A stretch of DNA of 64,000 nucleotides from Hydrurus foetidus (taxonomy: Eukaryota), in assembly GCA_900617105.1 (NCBI GenBank), contig UYFQ01000001.1, forward strand, positions 4,030,001 through 4,094,000, in the 5' to 3' direction. Below the pieces are notes generated by a model. It saw nothing but the letters and a program-made list of their open reading frames with translations, made no database searches and was not told the DNA's origin. The number at the start of each line of letters is the position of its first letter. The stretch's first letter is position 1. The position numbers were made by a program, and so were the translations under genes. This document shows, one piece after another, positions 10,248 to 20,591 of the stretch.

Positions 10248-13168
10248 TACGCAAATGTCCTGTTTTCGCCCGTGCCGCACAAATTGCTGATGCAGCGGCC
10301 GCAAATGGTGGGGTGTGCTGCGTTGCTTCCAACGTCTTCCACATAGTGCCAGCAGCGCTCGCATTTGGTGTTTGAGCTGGCTTTTACGCTTGTTTTATAG
10401 GCGCTACCAGCTACTAAGTTTATAGCAGAGGTGATGAAAACAAATTTTGCGTCAGCCCCCAAGCTGTTCAGCAAAGCAAAGTCGTCAGCAGTAACTTCGA
10501 GCGTGACTTCTGCTTGCAGTGATGAGCCAACCTTGCCATCAGCACGCAGCGCTTCAATGTCTTTGTTGACGGCATCGCGAACTTCGCGGATGCGTGTCCA
10601 CTTGGTCAGCAGCGCATCGTTTTGCGGTTTGAAGTCTGAATAGGTTTCCAGAAAAATCGATTCAGACCCGCCAAACGTCACCCACGCCTCTTCAGCCGTG
10701 AAGCTTAAAAACGGCGCCATCCAGCGCAGCATCGCGTGGGTAATCGCGTGCAGCGCGGTTTGTGCGCTGCGGCGTGCGTGTGAATCAGCAGCGGTGGTGT
10801 ACAGCCGGTCTTTCAAAATGTCGAGGTAGAACGAGCCTAGGTCTTCGCTGCAATAAATTTGCAGTTTGGACACCACGGGCTGAAATTCATACACCTCGTA
10901 ATGCGCCAGGATGTCGGCTTGCAGTTGCGCGGCACGGCTCAGGGCGTAGCGGTCAATTTCCAGCAGTTCATCAAACGGCACAGCATGCTTAGCCGGTTCA
11001 AAGTCACTGACGTTGGCCATTAAAAAACGCAGCGTGTTGCGAATGCGGCGGTAGCTGTCAACCACGCGCGCCAAAATTTTGTCGTCAATGCCCAGGTCGC
11101 CTGAATAGTCGGTGGACGCGCACCACAGGCGAATGATCTCGGCCCCCAGCTTGCCCGAGACTTCTTGCGGCACCACCACATTGCCTTCGCTCTTGCTCAT
11201 TTTGCGGCCCTTGCCGTCAACGGTGAAGCCGTGCGTCAGCAGGCCTTTGTACGGCGCACGGTCGTACATGGCGCATGACGTGAGCAGCGATGAATGAAAC
11301 CAGCCGCGGTGCTGGTCATGGCCTTCCAGGTACAAGTCTGCGGGCCAGGTCGATTGCAGCGCGTGGCTGTGTTTGAGCACATGGTCATGCGTGGTGCCCG
11401 AGTCAAACCACACGTCCAGAATGTCGGTGCTCTTGATGTAGTTCGGTGCATCGTCACCGATGATGGATTCAGCGGTGGCTTTGCTCCAGGCTTCAACGCC
11501 GCCTGCCTCGACCATGTTTGCAGCCAGGTCAATGATCTCCATGGTGCGCGGGTGCAACTCGCCCGTGGCGGTATGAATGAAAAACGGCAGCGGCACTCCC
11601 CAGTTACGCTGGCGGCTGATGCACCAGTCGGGCCGACCCGCAATCATGTCGCGCAGGCGGCCTTTGCCGTTTTCGGGGTAGAACTTGGTCTGCTCAATGG
11701 CATCGAGTGCGAGTTTGCGCAGCGTCTTCGGCGCCTTATCTTTGGTGAACACGCCTTCGCCTTCATCCATGCGCACAAACCACTGCGCAGCCGCCCGGTA
11801 AATGACTGGCGTTTTGTGGCGCCAGCAGTGCGGGTAGCTGTGTTCAATGTTGACGGTGGCAAACAAGCGGTCATGCTCACGCAGCTTGTCGATGATGAGT
11901 GGCGCAGCTTTCCAGATGTTCAAGCCGCCAAAGAGCGGCAGGTCATCCACATACCTTCCATTGCCTTGCACGGGGTTCAAGATGTCGTCAGTCGCAATAC
12001 CGTTGGCCACGCAGGAGTTAAAGTCTTCAACGCCATACGCAGGTGAAGAATGCACGATACCTGTGCCGTCGTCTGCGGTGGCGTAGTCGGCGAGGAAGAC
12101 TGGACTTAGGCGTTTGTAGCCCGCATCGACATCGTAAAACGGATGCATGAAGTTCAGCAGCGCGAGGTTTTTGCCTTGTGTGGTGGCAATCACTTCGCCT
12201 GTCAGTTGATAACGCTCCAAACACTTTTCAACCAGCGACTCGGCCAGCATCAAAATGCCGCGTTCGGTGTCGACCAGCGCGTAGGTTAGCTCCGGGTTCA
12301 GGTTCAGCGCCTGGTTGGCGGGAATGGTCCAGGCGGTGGTGGTCCAGATCACGGCAAAGATGGACTTGGCAGCGCTTGCCCCCACCCCAGCCCTCCCCCG
12401 GGAGGGGAGGGAGTTTGAATCGGGCTCGCTCCCTCTCCCGCCCACGGGAGAGGGTTGGGGTGAGGGCAAGCCAAACGCAGCCAAAACCTTTTCAGGCTCA
12501 AACGCCTTAAACCCCACATCCAGTGTTTGTGATTTTTTGTCCGCGTATTCAATTTCAAACTCGGCGAGCGACGAGCCGCAGTCAAAGCACCAGTACACAG
12601 GTTTTAATCCCCGGTACACAAAGCCGCGCTCCATGATGCGTTTGAGGGCACGGATTTCGTTCGCCTCATTGGCGTAATCCATCGTGCGGTAGGGGTTGTC
12701 CCATTCGCCAAGCACGCCCAGGCGTTTGAAGTCTTCTAGCTGCCCGGCGATTTGCTCGGTCGCAAAAGCGCGGCTCTTTGCTTGCACTTCGTCGCGCGAC
12801 AAATTGCGGCCGTGCAGCTTTTCAATGGCGTTTTCAATTGGCAAGCCGTGGCAGTCCCAGCCCGGCACGTAAATCGCGTCCAGCCCTTTGAGCTGGCGCG
12901 CTTTAACGATCATGTCTTTCAAGATTTTGTTGACGGCATGGCCGATGTGAATTTTGCCATTGGCATACGGCGGGCCGTCGTGCAATACGAACTTCACGGC
13001 GCCCGCACGTGCCAGACGAAGCTTTTTATAAATGCCTTTGTCGTCCCAGTCTTTAACCCAGCCCGCCTCGCGCTTGGGCAAATCGCCGCGCATGGGGAAG
13101 GGTGTGTCGGGCAGATTCAGGGTGCTGCGGTAATCGGTTTTGACGGTATCTGCTGTGGTGTCGGTCAT
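10247..13168 (-). CDS. ileS: Isoleucine--tRNA ligase
   Basis: [21 protein letters not shown]-terminal Zn finger CERCW..CGRC; ribF-ileS-lspA order. Confidence 0.98.
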   Translation of the reverse strand: MTDTTADTVKTDYRSTLNLPDTPFPMRGDLPKREAGWVKDWDDKGIYKKLRLARAGAVKFVLHDGPPYANGKIHIGHAVNKILKDMIVKARQLKGLDAIYVPGWDCHGLPIENAIEKLHGRNLSRDEVQAKSRAFATEQIAGQLEDFKRLGVLGEWDNPYRTMDYANEANEIRALKRIMERGFVYRGLKPVYWCFDCGSSLAEFEIEYADKKSQTLDVGFKAFEPEKVLAAFGLPSPQPSPVGGRGSEPDSNSLPSRGRAGVGASAAKSIFAVIWTTTAWTIPANQALNLNPELTYALVDTERGILMLAESLVEKCLERYQLTGEVIATTQGKNLALLNFMHPFYDVDAGYKRLSPVFLADYATADDGTGIVHSSPAYGVEDFNSCVANGIATDDILNPVQGNGRYVDDLPLFGGLNIWKAAPLIIDKLREHDRLFATVNIEHSYPHCWRHKTPVIYRAAAQWFVRMDEGEGVFTKDKAPKTLRKLALDAIEQTKFYPENGKGRLRDMIAGRPDWCISRQRNWGVPLPFFIHTATGELHPRTMEIIDLAANMVEAGGVEAWSKATAESIIGDDAPNYIKSTDILDVWFDSGTTHDHVLKHSHALQSTWPADLYLEGHDQHRGWFHSSLLTSCAMYDRAPYKGLLTHGFTVDGKGRKMSKSEGNVVVPQEVSGKLGAEIIRLWCASTDYSGDLGIDDKILARVVDSYRRIRNTLRFLMANVSDFEPAKHAVPFDELLEIDRYALSRAAQLQADILAHYEVYEFQPVVSKLQIYCSEDLGSFYLDILKDRLYTTAADSHARRSAQTALHAITHAMLRWMAPFLSFTAEEAWVTFGGSESIFLETYSDFKPQNDALLTKWTRIREVRDAVNKDIEALRADGKVGSSLQAEVTLEVTADDFALLNSLGADAKFVFITSAINLVAGSAYKTSVKASSNTKCERCWHYVEDVGSNAAHPTICGRCISNLCGTGENRTFA
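10386..10426 (-). repeat. 41-bp element copy 5 (inside ileS CDS, sense)
   Basis: Reverse complement: gcta taaacttag tagc tggtagc gcct ataaaacaa gcgt. Confidence 0.72.
12374..12471. repeat. GC-rich inverted REP-doublet (REPIN-like) inside ileS
   Basis: gcttgcccccaccccagccctccccc...gggagagggttggggtgagggcaagc; related copies at 24011-24108 and 51836-51990. Confidence 0.85.
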
Positions 13169-13260
13169 GGCTATTGCTTGAAGGTGTGCCTGCAGAAGCA
13201 TCTGCAGTTAAAAATGGGGGGAACGAAAAGTTACGGGCCGAACCCGCATTGACCGATCGT

Positions 13261-14271
13261 CTAAATTCGATCGCGGGTGGTTTGGCGAGCTGTCTCGCTG
13301 TGCAGGTTGGCAAAAAATGCACGTGCGTCGGCACAGTCTTTTGCGATGCCTTTTTTAAGCGCATCCAGACCGTCGTACTTCAGTTCGTCATGCAGTTTAT
13401 TCAGCAATTCCACGCGCACGATTTTACCGTAGCCACCGTCCGTGCCCAGTTCTGCTGGCCAGTCCAGGCAGTAGGTTTCCAGCAGCACGCGACCGCCGTT
13501 GATGTCGTTGGCGTCAATCGATGGGCGAATGCCCAAGTTGGCTACGCCTGTCAAAGGTTTGTCTGATAGCCCAAAAACATGCACCGCAAATATGCCGCTG
13601 GCAGCTGGGTTCCAGTGCGAAAACCGCAGGTTAAGTGTGCGAAAGCCCAAGTCACGCCCCAGCTTGCGGCCGTGCACCACGTGGCCTGAAATGCTGTACG
13701 GCCTGCCCAGCAAGCTGGCGGCCTGCGCCATATCGCCGCTGCTAAGGGCCTGGCGCACCGCCGAGCTAGACACCCGCGTGCTTTGCACTTCGTAGCTGTT
13801 CATGCGGGCGACATCAAAACCCGCCAGTTGCCCGGCGGCGTCCAGCATGGCGTAGCCGCCTGCACGTTTGGCGCCAAACCTGAAATCATCTCCCACCAAA
13901 ATGTATTTGGCGCCCAAGCCCTTCACAAGTACTTCGTCAATAAAAGCTTCAGGTGCCTGGCTGGCCAGCGCGTGGTTAAACGGCAGCACGATGCATTGGT
14001 CTATGCCGCAGCGCTTGAGTTCGGTCAATTTGTCGCGCAGGGTGGCAATGCGCGGCGGTGCGGTTTCGGGTTTTTTAGCCAGCGCCGCAAAATAATCGCG
14101 CGGATGCGGCTCAAAAGTCATCGCGCAACTCGGAATACCGCGGTGCTGCGCTTCGCTTTTAAGTAACGCCAGCATGGCCTGGTGGCCACGGTGCACGCCG
14201 TCAAAGTTGCCTATCGTCAGGGCGCAATGTGTTGCGAGGTTGGGGTGGCGGTGGCTTCTAAACACTTTCAT
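13261..14271 (-). CDS. ribF: Bifunctional riboflavin kinase/FAD synthetase
   Basis: IGNFDGVHRGHQ, VGDDFRFG, VSSSAVR, GRKLGRDLGFRTLN. Confidence 0.96.
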   Translation of the reverse strand: MKVFRSHRHPNLATHCALTIGNFDGVHRGHQAMLALLKSEAQHRGIPSCAMTFEPHPRDYFAALAKKPETAPPRIATLRDKLTELKRCGIDQCIVLPFNHALASQAPEAFIDEVLVKGLGAKYILVGDDFRFGAKRAGGYAMLDAAGQLAGFDVARMNSYEVQSTRVSSSAVRQALSSGDMAQAASLLGRPYSISGHVVHGRKLGRDLGFRTLNLRFSHWNPAASGIFAVHVFGLSDKPLTGVANLGIRPSIDANDINGGRVLLETYCLDWPAELGTDGGYGKIVRVELLNKLHDELKYDGLDALKKGIAKDCADARAFFANLHSETARQTTRDRI

Positions 14272-14408
14272 GAAGCGATTATCGTTTTAATAGCAGGATA
14301 GGCGGGTAAACGTACGGTATTGAGCCGCAGTGATGTATTTGTCACCTTTTACCTGTATATTGGCAGGCATCGTGACAACGAAATTCCATTTTTTAGTGGG
14401 GGTTTAGT

Positions 14409-14966
14409 TTGAAGGTCTTGAAGCTCTCAGCCCAAGGTTTGCCGCAGTCGTGGATCAGCCTTGAAGAAGCCGTACTTCACTACGCAGCTGACGAGGTGCG
14501 CTGGGAAATGGGTGCGCGCGTGGCTACGTTTCACGGTGGGCACAACGCCGTCACGGGTGACCAATCGATCATCACCATCAACAGCATTATTGGCACCAAA
14601 GGCGTGCCCAAAATTAACCCGTTTGAGCTAAAACCCGGTTTGACCAACGGCAAGCTTTTCGTGCGTGACCGCAACGTGTGTGCCTACTGTGGTCAGCATT
14701 TTGATGAAGAAGAATTAACGCGCGAGCACATCATTCCGTTTGCCCAAAAAGGCATCGACAACTGGATGAACGTAGTAACCGCCTGCCGCGCCTGCAATCA
14801 CCGCAAAAGCAGCCGCACGCCAGAGCAGGCCAATATGCCGCTGCTGTACACGCCGTATGTGCCCAGCTTGTGGGAAGACTTCATTTTGCGCAACCGCCGA
14901 ATTTTGGCGGACCAGATGGAGTTTTTGATGGCGCATATTCCAAAAACGTCACGCCTGCACGCGTGA
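14409..14966 (+). CDS. HNH endonuclease (McrA-like)
   Basis: RDRNVCAYCG...LTREHIIP...NVVTACRACNHRK; TTG start. Confidence 0.9.
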   Translation: MKVLKLSAQGLPQSWISLEEAVLHYAADEVRWEMGARVATFHGGHNAVTGDQSIITINSIIGTKGVPKINPFELKPGLTNGKLFVRDRNVCAYCGQHFDEEELTREHIIPFAQKGIDNWMNVVTACRACNHRKSSRTPEQANMPLLYTPYVPSLWEDFILRNRRILADQMEFLMAHIPKTSRLHA

Positions 14967-15032
14967 CGCTCAGATTTCTCGTCACGCCTGCACGCATGAC
15001 GCTCCGATTTCTCGTCACGCCCGTACGCGTGA
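14947..15032. repeat. Tandem 33-bp palindromic repeat, about 2.6 copies
   Basis: Unit cgtcacgcctgcacgcgtgacgctcagatttct starts at 14947, 14980 and 15013. Confidence 0.92.
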
Positions 15033-15079
15033 AGAAAATGTCGTTTTAGGCCCTTAAATCCGCACTAAATAGGCTTATA

Positions 15080-15120
15080 AGCTAACAGATACGGGCGCGA
15101 GCAGATATAAAATAAATAGC
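15080..15120 (-). repeat. 41-bp element copy 6 (intergenic)
   Basis: Reverse complement: gcta tttatttta tatc tgctcgc gccc gtatctgtt agct. Confidence 0.82.
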
Positions 15121-15133
15121 GTATGTTTGCCAG

Positions 15134-17629
15134 TCAAAGCCCAGTGGCCGTCACGTTGCACGCCACCGTCAACACCACCGTGCTCACAGCCGGAAACGCA
15201 GGAATCGTGATGCCGGTGCCGTTGAATAAATTGGGTACGCTCGCAGCGGCGGTTTCTGTTGCCAACACCAAACCTGTCGGACAACTGGCCGCGCCAGTAG
15301 TCGACGTACAAGTGACCGAATTGCAGGCTAAGCCCGCGCTTGGCCGGTCTTGAATCAACGCGTTGTCCGCGGCATAGCCGCCACTGTTGCTAAACGTCAA
15401 GGTGTAGCTGGTGGTGTCTCCTGCCGACACGGCGGTAACGGCATTGGTTTTGGCCACCGCCAACAACGCGGAGGCCACTATAGTGATGTCCTCAGCTGTC
15501 GAGTTGGCGCTTAAATAATTGCTGCCGCCAGTAGCCGCACCCGATGCGTAAGCGCCTCCCGGACTAACCGCCGGATTGCTCCCCGCGCTGCTGGTAGCCA
15601 CGCCGCCAGTGGCGCGGGTGGGGTCCGTAAAGGTGGTGCTGGCGCTGTTCTGGAGAATCGTGCTCAGCGCTGGCGAATTCACATTGATCGTAAACGTGAC
15701 TGTTACCGAGCCGCCGGGAAAAAAGCGTGAAAGACGACACAGCGGGCGCGTTACCTGTGCCGCTCGCACCAAACACCGCTGTGCTTGTGTTGCCTGACAA
15801 GTTGGCGGCAGTGGGCGTCAAGCCCGATGTGTTGGTGCCTGAAAATGCAACACTGCCAGTGGCAATAATGGCTTGCAGCCCCAGCGGTGCAGGCAACACA
15901 TCGCGAAGGCTGACGCTGTAAGCCGCGCCGGCCTTGGTGGCGTTGCTCATATTAATGCTGTACTGCGCGGTGGTGCCACCTGGCAAAGTCACCGTGGGTG
16001 TGCTGGTGCTTTTGGTGACGGTTAACTGCGGCAAGCAAGCAGAGCCGGTGGCAACGCCGAAAGGCGAGGCTGCTAAAGTGGTAGCCAATCCAGCTGCTCC
16101 TGCCGCGCTGTAAGGTTTGGGGCTGCCGTTGCCCGTTCCACCGCCGCAGCAGCCGTCGTAACCCAGCGCACCGCCGACCATGCTGGTGGCCACAGCGGTC
16201 AGGTTGGTGCTGGTGGCGATATAGCCGCCACCACCACCGCCACCCGGGCCGTGGTCGAAGTAATTGGAGTAGCCACCCCAACCGCCGGCTGCACTCATGC
16301 TCAGTCCCGCACCGGTACCAGCCGACGAAATAACAAAAATGCCGCCGCCAGCGCCGCCGCCGCCAGCGCTGTCAGAGCCACTGCTAAGGTTGTATGCGTC
16401 GTAACCCTTGGCTGTGATAACCCCTGCAGCGGCTGTCAAGCCGCCCGTGCGCAGCAACACCACGCCGCCGCCCGGCGCACCAGATGAGGAGATAAAACTG
16501 AACGCACCGTTGGCAGCGCCAACGGTGGGCGGCAGAGTTATGCCCGCCGGGTTGGGCGGAGTGACGGTAATGACATTCGCAGTGCTGCCGTTGTTGTTGG
16601 ACCCGGCTCCGCCGCCGCCGCCCAGCGTCAGTCGGCTGACAGCGTTGGTAACGGCGCCCCCGCCTTTGCCCCCCGCAGCGTTGTTTAGCGTCCAGCTGTT
16701 GCCGCCTTGCCCGCCAGCCCCCACGTTACCGCCGCCGCCACTGTTGAGATCGTTGCCATTGGGAGGGTTGCCATCGCTGCCGCCGCCTGCTGCATTTCCT
16801 TGCGCGCCCTGGCCAGACGCGCCCAGCGCGTAGCCTTGGCCAAAAGTAGCCGTGACGTAGGTAAGCGCCGTCGCTGTGCCGTTGAAGACCTTAAAGGCGT
16901 GCCTACGCTCCCTTCGCCTTTGAGGGCTCCGTTGCCGTTAGTAAAGGCGTAATTTGCGTCGCTAAACGTCCCTCCTGGTCGGGCGGCACCCGTCACGAAC
17001 GCCGCGCCACCTCTAAAACCCGCGCCATCTACGGTGATCGTTCCGTTTACGGCTGTTGATCCCGCCACGTCCAGCACCACCACACCGCCTGTACCTTGGC
17101 CGTTGATGTAGTTCACTGTCCACGCGTCAGAACTCACCGCAGTGCCTGCCGCAACGGTTGCGTTGGAATACTGAGGCACGCGCACCACTTGAAAAGTACG
17201 ACAGGCAGTGGTCGCGCCAGCAGCAGATGCGGTAATGCTTTGCACATAGCTATTAGTCAGCGACCGGTTTAACGTGAGCACAGCGCCCGCAATGCTGGAG
17301 ATTTGCGCGTATTCATATTGCCCTGCATTCGCCGGCACGGCTGAGTCTTGCATTTGCATGGCGATCACCAAATCTCCCACGGCCAGCGGCCTGACGCTGG
17401 TGCGTTGGCCCGTGATGGACGCTACCGTGACTTGACCACTGCCTGAGGAGGCAGATCCAGAACCTGCATGGTAGGTGTTGATGATTCCCGCTAACGTGGC
17501 CGGCCCGTCCACGCCGGGCGATGCGCAAACTTGAGCCTGAGCGCTTGATGCGGCGAACATTAGCGAGAGCGCCACCAGCGCTACGCAAATTAGCTTGTTG
17601 GCCGCGAGTGGGCGTTGATAGAAAAGCAT
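15134..17629 (-). pseudogene. Secreted Gly-rich surface protein with DUF11-like repeats, split by two frameshifts
   Basis: Signal peptide (..MFAASSAQAQ), Gly-rich middle, LTVTKS/LAVAKT..YTLTFSNSG DUF11-like repeats; three overlapping ORFs join at about 16890 (1 base missing) and at the A6 run 15719-15724 (1 extra base). Confidence 0.78.
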
Positions 17630-17908
17630 GAGGAAATTTACCCGTAAAAACACTGACTTCCTTAGCACGGCGTAGCTTGACGACGGAGCTGGCTGGCGCA
17701 GACAAACCCAGCAAATGGCGAATAAATCTGGATTTGCAAAATAACTATTGCCGTCCGCCCGCTGGCCCGGCGGCGTTGTCGGAGCGCCGCCAGCGCTGGC
17801 TACTGAGCTGTGTCGCGCAAGGCACTTGTCGCCGTCGGCGACGGTTGGGTGGGCAGGCCGCTGTCGGTAGCGCGCAGTTAAAAAGTTTCGCACACTTTTT
17901 AATGCCTA

Positions 17909-17949
17909 GCCCAATAAATACGGGCGCCGGCAGCTACTTAAGTAATAGC
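17909..17949 (-). repeat. 41-bp element copy 7 (intergenic)
   Basis: Reverse complement: gcta ttacttaag tagc tgccggc gccc gtatttatt gggc. Confidence 0.9.
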
Positions 17950-17959
17950 AAATAAAACA

Positions 17960-19372
17960 TCAATACGTTAACTCCAGCACCACCACATGATTTTCTGCAG
18001 TCGGCCAGGCAAGTCCGGTCAGCTTTTCACCGTTAAATTCAGCCGACACGCTTCGCAAGCCAGCTTGCCCCGCCGTGCTTTTAAGCAACAGTTTGGACGT
18101 GGCCACGCCTGCACCTTTGGCCGGTACGCCGGGCAGGGCAGCTGAGCCGTCAAACCCCATGCGGTCGCGCTGCGCATCCAAGTAGCCGCGTGGTCGGGCA
18201 AATGTGATGCTTGCGGACGCTGCTTTGTCGGCCTCTAGCAAGCGCTCGGCACGCAAATGCGCAATGCTGCTGCTGCGCGCAAAAGCGCTGCGGTAAATGT
18301 GCGTGGTGGCATAGCCGGGGGCCTGAATAACAAACTCGTACTGAACGCCGGGCGCAGCCGCGAAGGGCCCCCACATGCCGTCAGCGCCTACGGTTTTGGT
18401 GTGCACCGCTGCGCCGTTTCGATTGCCGGTAGTTGCATCAGTCGCGTACACCGCCAGTTGCGCGCCGGGCAGGGCCAGGTTGTTGACGAAATTACCAGAG
18501 GCAGCGTCTAGCGGGTTTAGGCCCAAGCCAGTCAATTTTCCGTTCAGCTCCACGCTGGTTTGTTTTGAAATGACCGTGGCTTGCGGCGCTTTGCCGGTAA
18601 TGAAGGTGTAGGCCGCTGCAAACGCCTGGGGCGAAAAAGACGTTTCGCGGTGGTCAATGCCCGCCAGCACGACGTTGGTGGCACCCTTGAGCGCCGGGCC
18701 TTCAAAAGTAACGTTGGTCGGCGTGCCGGGGGCCCCGATCCACAGGCCGTCGGGCTGGGCAAACTTGTCGTTGTTGCTTGAGCGTACGGTTAGCCACAGC
18801 ACGGGGCCGGTGACTTCATCGCCATTGGCGTTTTTGGCCGTATTGAGTGTCGTTAGAAACGGGCCGGTGCCTGAAAATTCGTTGCCTTCCCTGAACCCTT
18901 TAATGGCCCACACGCCGTGGTTGGGTGTGCCGCCCAGCACGGCGTGCGACACGGTTTTGTCGCCACCGTAATTGGCAATGTAGTTGCGAATGGCGTTTCC
19001 GCCGCGCGAATTGCCCACCAGCACAACTTTGCTTGCGCCGGTGCTGGCCAGCACTTTGTCCACTTCACGCTTTAAGAATTCTGCTGCTTCGGCTGTTGAT
19101 GTGCGGCCACCTTGCGCTTGCGCATCCACGTCGCGTGCCAGCGGGTAAGGCATGTCGGTGGCGTGCAGGGCGCTGGCGGGCCAACCGTTGCTTTCAAAAC
19201 GCCAAAGCGTGGTTTGCCAAACCGCCGCGCTGTCGCCATTGCCGTGAACGAAAACAATCGGCGGCGTTGCCTGCGAGCTGTCGCGGCTGGCAGGTAGGGT
19301 GATGATGCCGGTGCAGCCCGCCAATGCGAGTTGTGCGGCAGCAAGGCCCAGAAGAATTCGGCGTGAAATCAT
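17960..19372 (-). CDS. Alpha/beta hydrolase (lipase-like), Tat-type lipoprotein
   Basis: SRRILL..LALAGC signal; PIVFVHGNG; nucleophile elbow GNSRG; GTPNHG. Confidence 0.85.
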   Translation of the reverse strand: MISRRILLGLAAAQLALAGCTGIITLPASRDSSQATPPIVFVHGNGDSAAVWQTTLWRFESNGWPASALHATDMPYPLARDVDAQAQGGRTSTAEAAEFLKREVDKVLASTGASKVVLVGNSRGGNAIRNYIANYGGDKTVSHAVLGGTPNHGVWAIKGFREGNEFSGTGPFLTTLNTAKNANGDEVTGPVLWLTVRSSNNDKFAQPDGLWIGAPGTPTNVTFEGPALKGATNVVLAGIDHRETSFSPQAFAAAYTFITGKAPQATVISKQTSVELNGKLTGLGLNPLDAASGNFVNNLALPGAQLAVYATDATTGNRNGAAVHTKTVGADGMWGPFAAAPGVQYEFVIQAPGYATTHIYRSAFARSSSIAHLRAERLLEADKAASASITFARPRGYLDAQRDRMGFDGSAALPGVPAKGAGVATSKLLLKSTAGQAGLRSVSAEFNGEKLTGLAWPTAENHVVVLELTY

Positions 19373-19409
19373 GTTCTGGCCCCTTTTGTATAAGCTAAAG
19401 TAGTCTACA

Positions 19410-19450
19410 GCCCAATTAAAACAGGCGTAAGCAGCTACTCAATTAATAGC
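19410..19450 (-). repeat. 41-bp element copy 8 (intergenic)
   Basis: Reverse complement: gcta ttaattgag tagc tgcttac gcct gttttaatt gggc. Confidence 0.88.
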
Positions 19451-19463
19451 TAATGGCGACGCG

Positions 19464-20588
19464 TCACGCAAACACACCGGCAGTGTCTTGCATGCGGCTG
19501 GACACTTCACCCAAGTGGTGCAGCGTGTCGCCGAAGGTCATTTCTAACTGGGTGAGCTTTTTAAAGTAATGGCTGACGATGTATTCGTCCGTCACGCCAA
19601 TGCCGCCGTGCAACTGCACCGCTTGCTGGCCAACAAAACGCATCGACACGCCCAACTGGTACTTGGCTCTGGCCATGGCGGCGCTGCGCTCAGTCGCCGT
19701 GGCGTTGAGTTTGAGCGCCGCGTAGTAGCTCATTGACCGCGCCAGCTCGAGCTGCATTTTCATGTCGGCGGTGCGGTGGCGCAGCGCCTGAAAGCTGCTG
19801 ATGAGCACGCCAAATTGTTTGCGCGTGTTCATGTAGTCGACCGTAATCGCCAATGCCTTGTCCATCACGCCAACCGCCTCGGCGCAGGTGGCGGCAATGC
19901 CGACGTCGATGGCGTGCGCAAGCGCTGTCAAGCCGTCTAGCGTGACCAGCGTTGCGGGTGAATTGACCAGCATCACTTCAGCTGCGCGTCCGCCGTCTTG
20001 CGTCACGTAGCCGCGCGTGGTCACGCCGCTGGCTGCGCGCTCAACTAAAAACAAAGCCAGCGCGCCATTGGCCATGGCGGGGACTAGAAATGCGTCGGTC
20101 TGGTCGCCCACGTTCACTATGCTTTTAGTAGCTGTTAGCGCCCATATATCTTGGGCTAGCGCTGCTTTTGCTTCGCATTTAGAGAAGTTATAACGCCCAG
20201 CGCGCTCTTGGTAAGCCAGTACGACCAATGACTCGCCACTGGCGATTTTTGGCAGCCACGCGGTTTTAACTGCGTCGGGTGCGTAGCCAGAAAGCACAGC
20301 GCTGGCAATCAGCGTTTGGGCCAGTGGCTCCAGAACAATGCCGCGCCCCAGCTCTTCCATCACCACCATCGCATCGACCGGCCCCAAGCCCAGGCCGTCG
20401 TGTGTGTCGGGTATGTACAAGCCAGTCAGGCCCAGCGCGGCCATTTCGCCATAAGCTTCGCGTGAAAAGCCTGCAGACGTTGCAGCACCTGTAATTGCGC
20501 GGCGGCGGTCGAAGCTGTACGCTTTTTCAACCCATTTGCGGGCTGCGTCTCTAAGTTGTTCTTGGTCGTCATTAAAATCAAAATTCAT
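19464..20588 (-). CDS. Acyl-CoA dehydrogenase family protein (PimD-like subunit)
   Basis: RKQFGVLISSFQALRH, QLHGGIGVTDEY; paired with the upstream ACAD. Confidence 0.9.
   Translation of the reverse strand: MNFDFNDDQEQLRDAARKWVEKAYSFDRRRAITGAATSAGFSREAYGEMAALGLTGLYIPDTHDGLGLGPVDAMVVMEELGRGIVLEPLAQTLIASAVLSGYAPDAVKTAWLPKIASGESLVVLAYQERAGRYNFSKCEAKAALAQDIWALTATKSIVNVGDQTDAFLVPAMANGALALFLVERAASGVTTRGYVTQDGGRAAEVMLVNSPATLVTLDGLTALAHAIDVGIAATCAEAVGVMDKALAITVDYMNTRKQFGVLISSFQALRHRTADMKMQLELARSMSYYAALKLNATATERSAAMARAKYQLGVSMRFVGQQAVQLHGGIGVTDEYIVSHYFKKLTQLEMTFGDTLHHLGEVSSRMQDTAGVFA
20116..20156 (+). repeat. 41-bp element copy 9 (inside ACAD CDS, antisense to gene)
   Basis: acta tgcttttag tagc tgttagc gccc atatatctt gggc, followed by tagcgc. 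Confidence 0.82.
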
Positions 20589-20591
20589 CTT

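Noticed and set aside
14947..15032. CRISPR array next to the HNH nuclease
   Set aside because: The linkers are nearly identical and only 11 nt long, there are under three units, and no cas genes are present; it is a tandem repeat.
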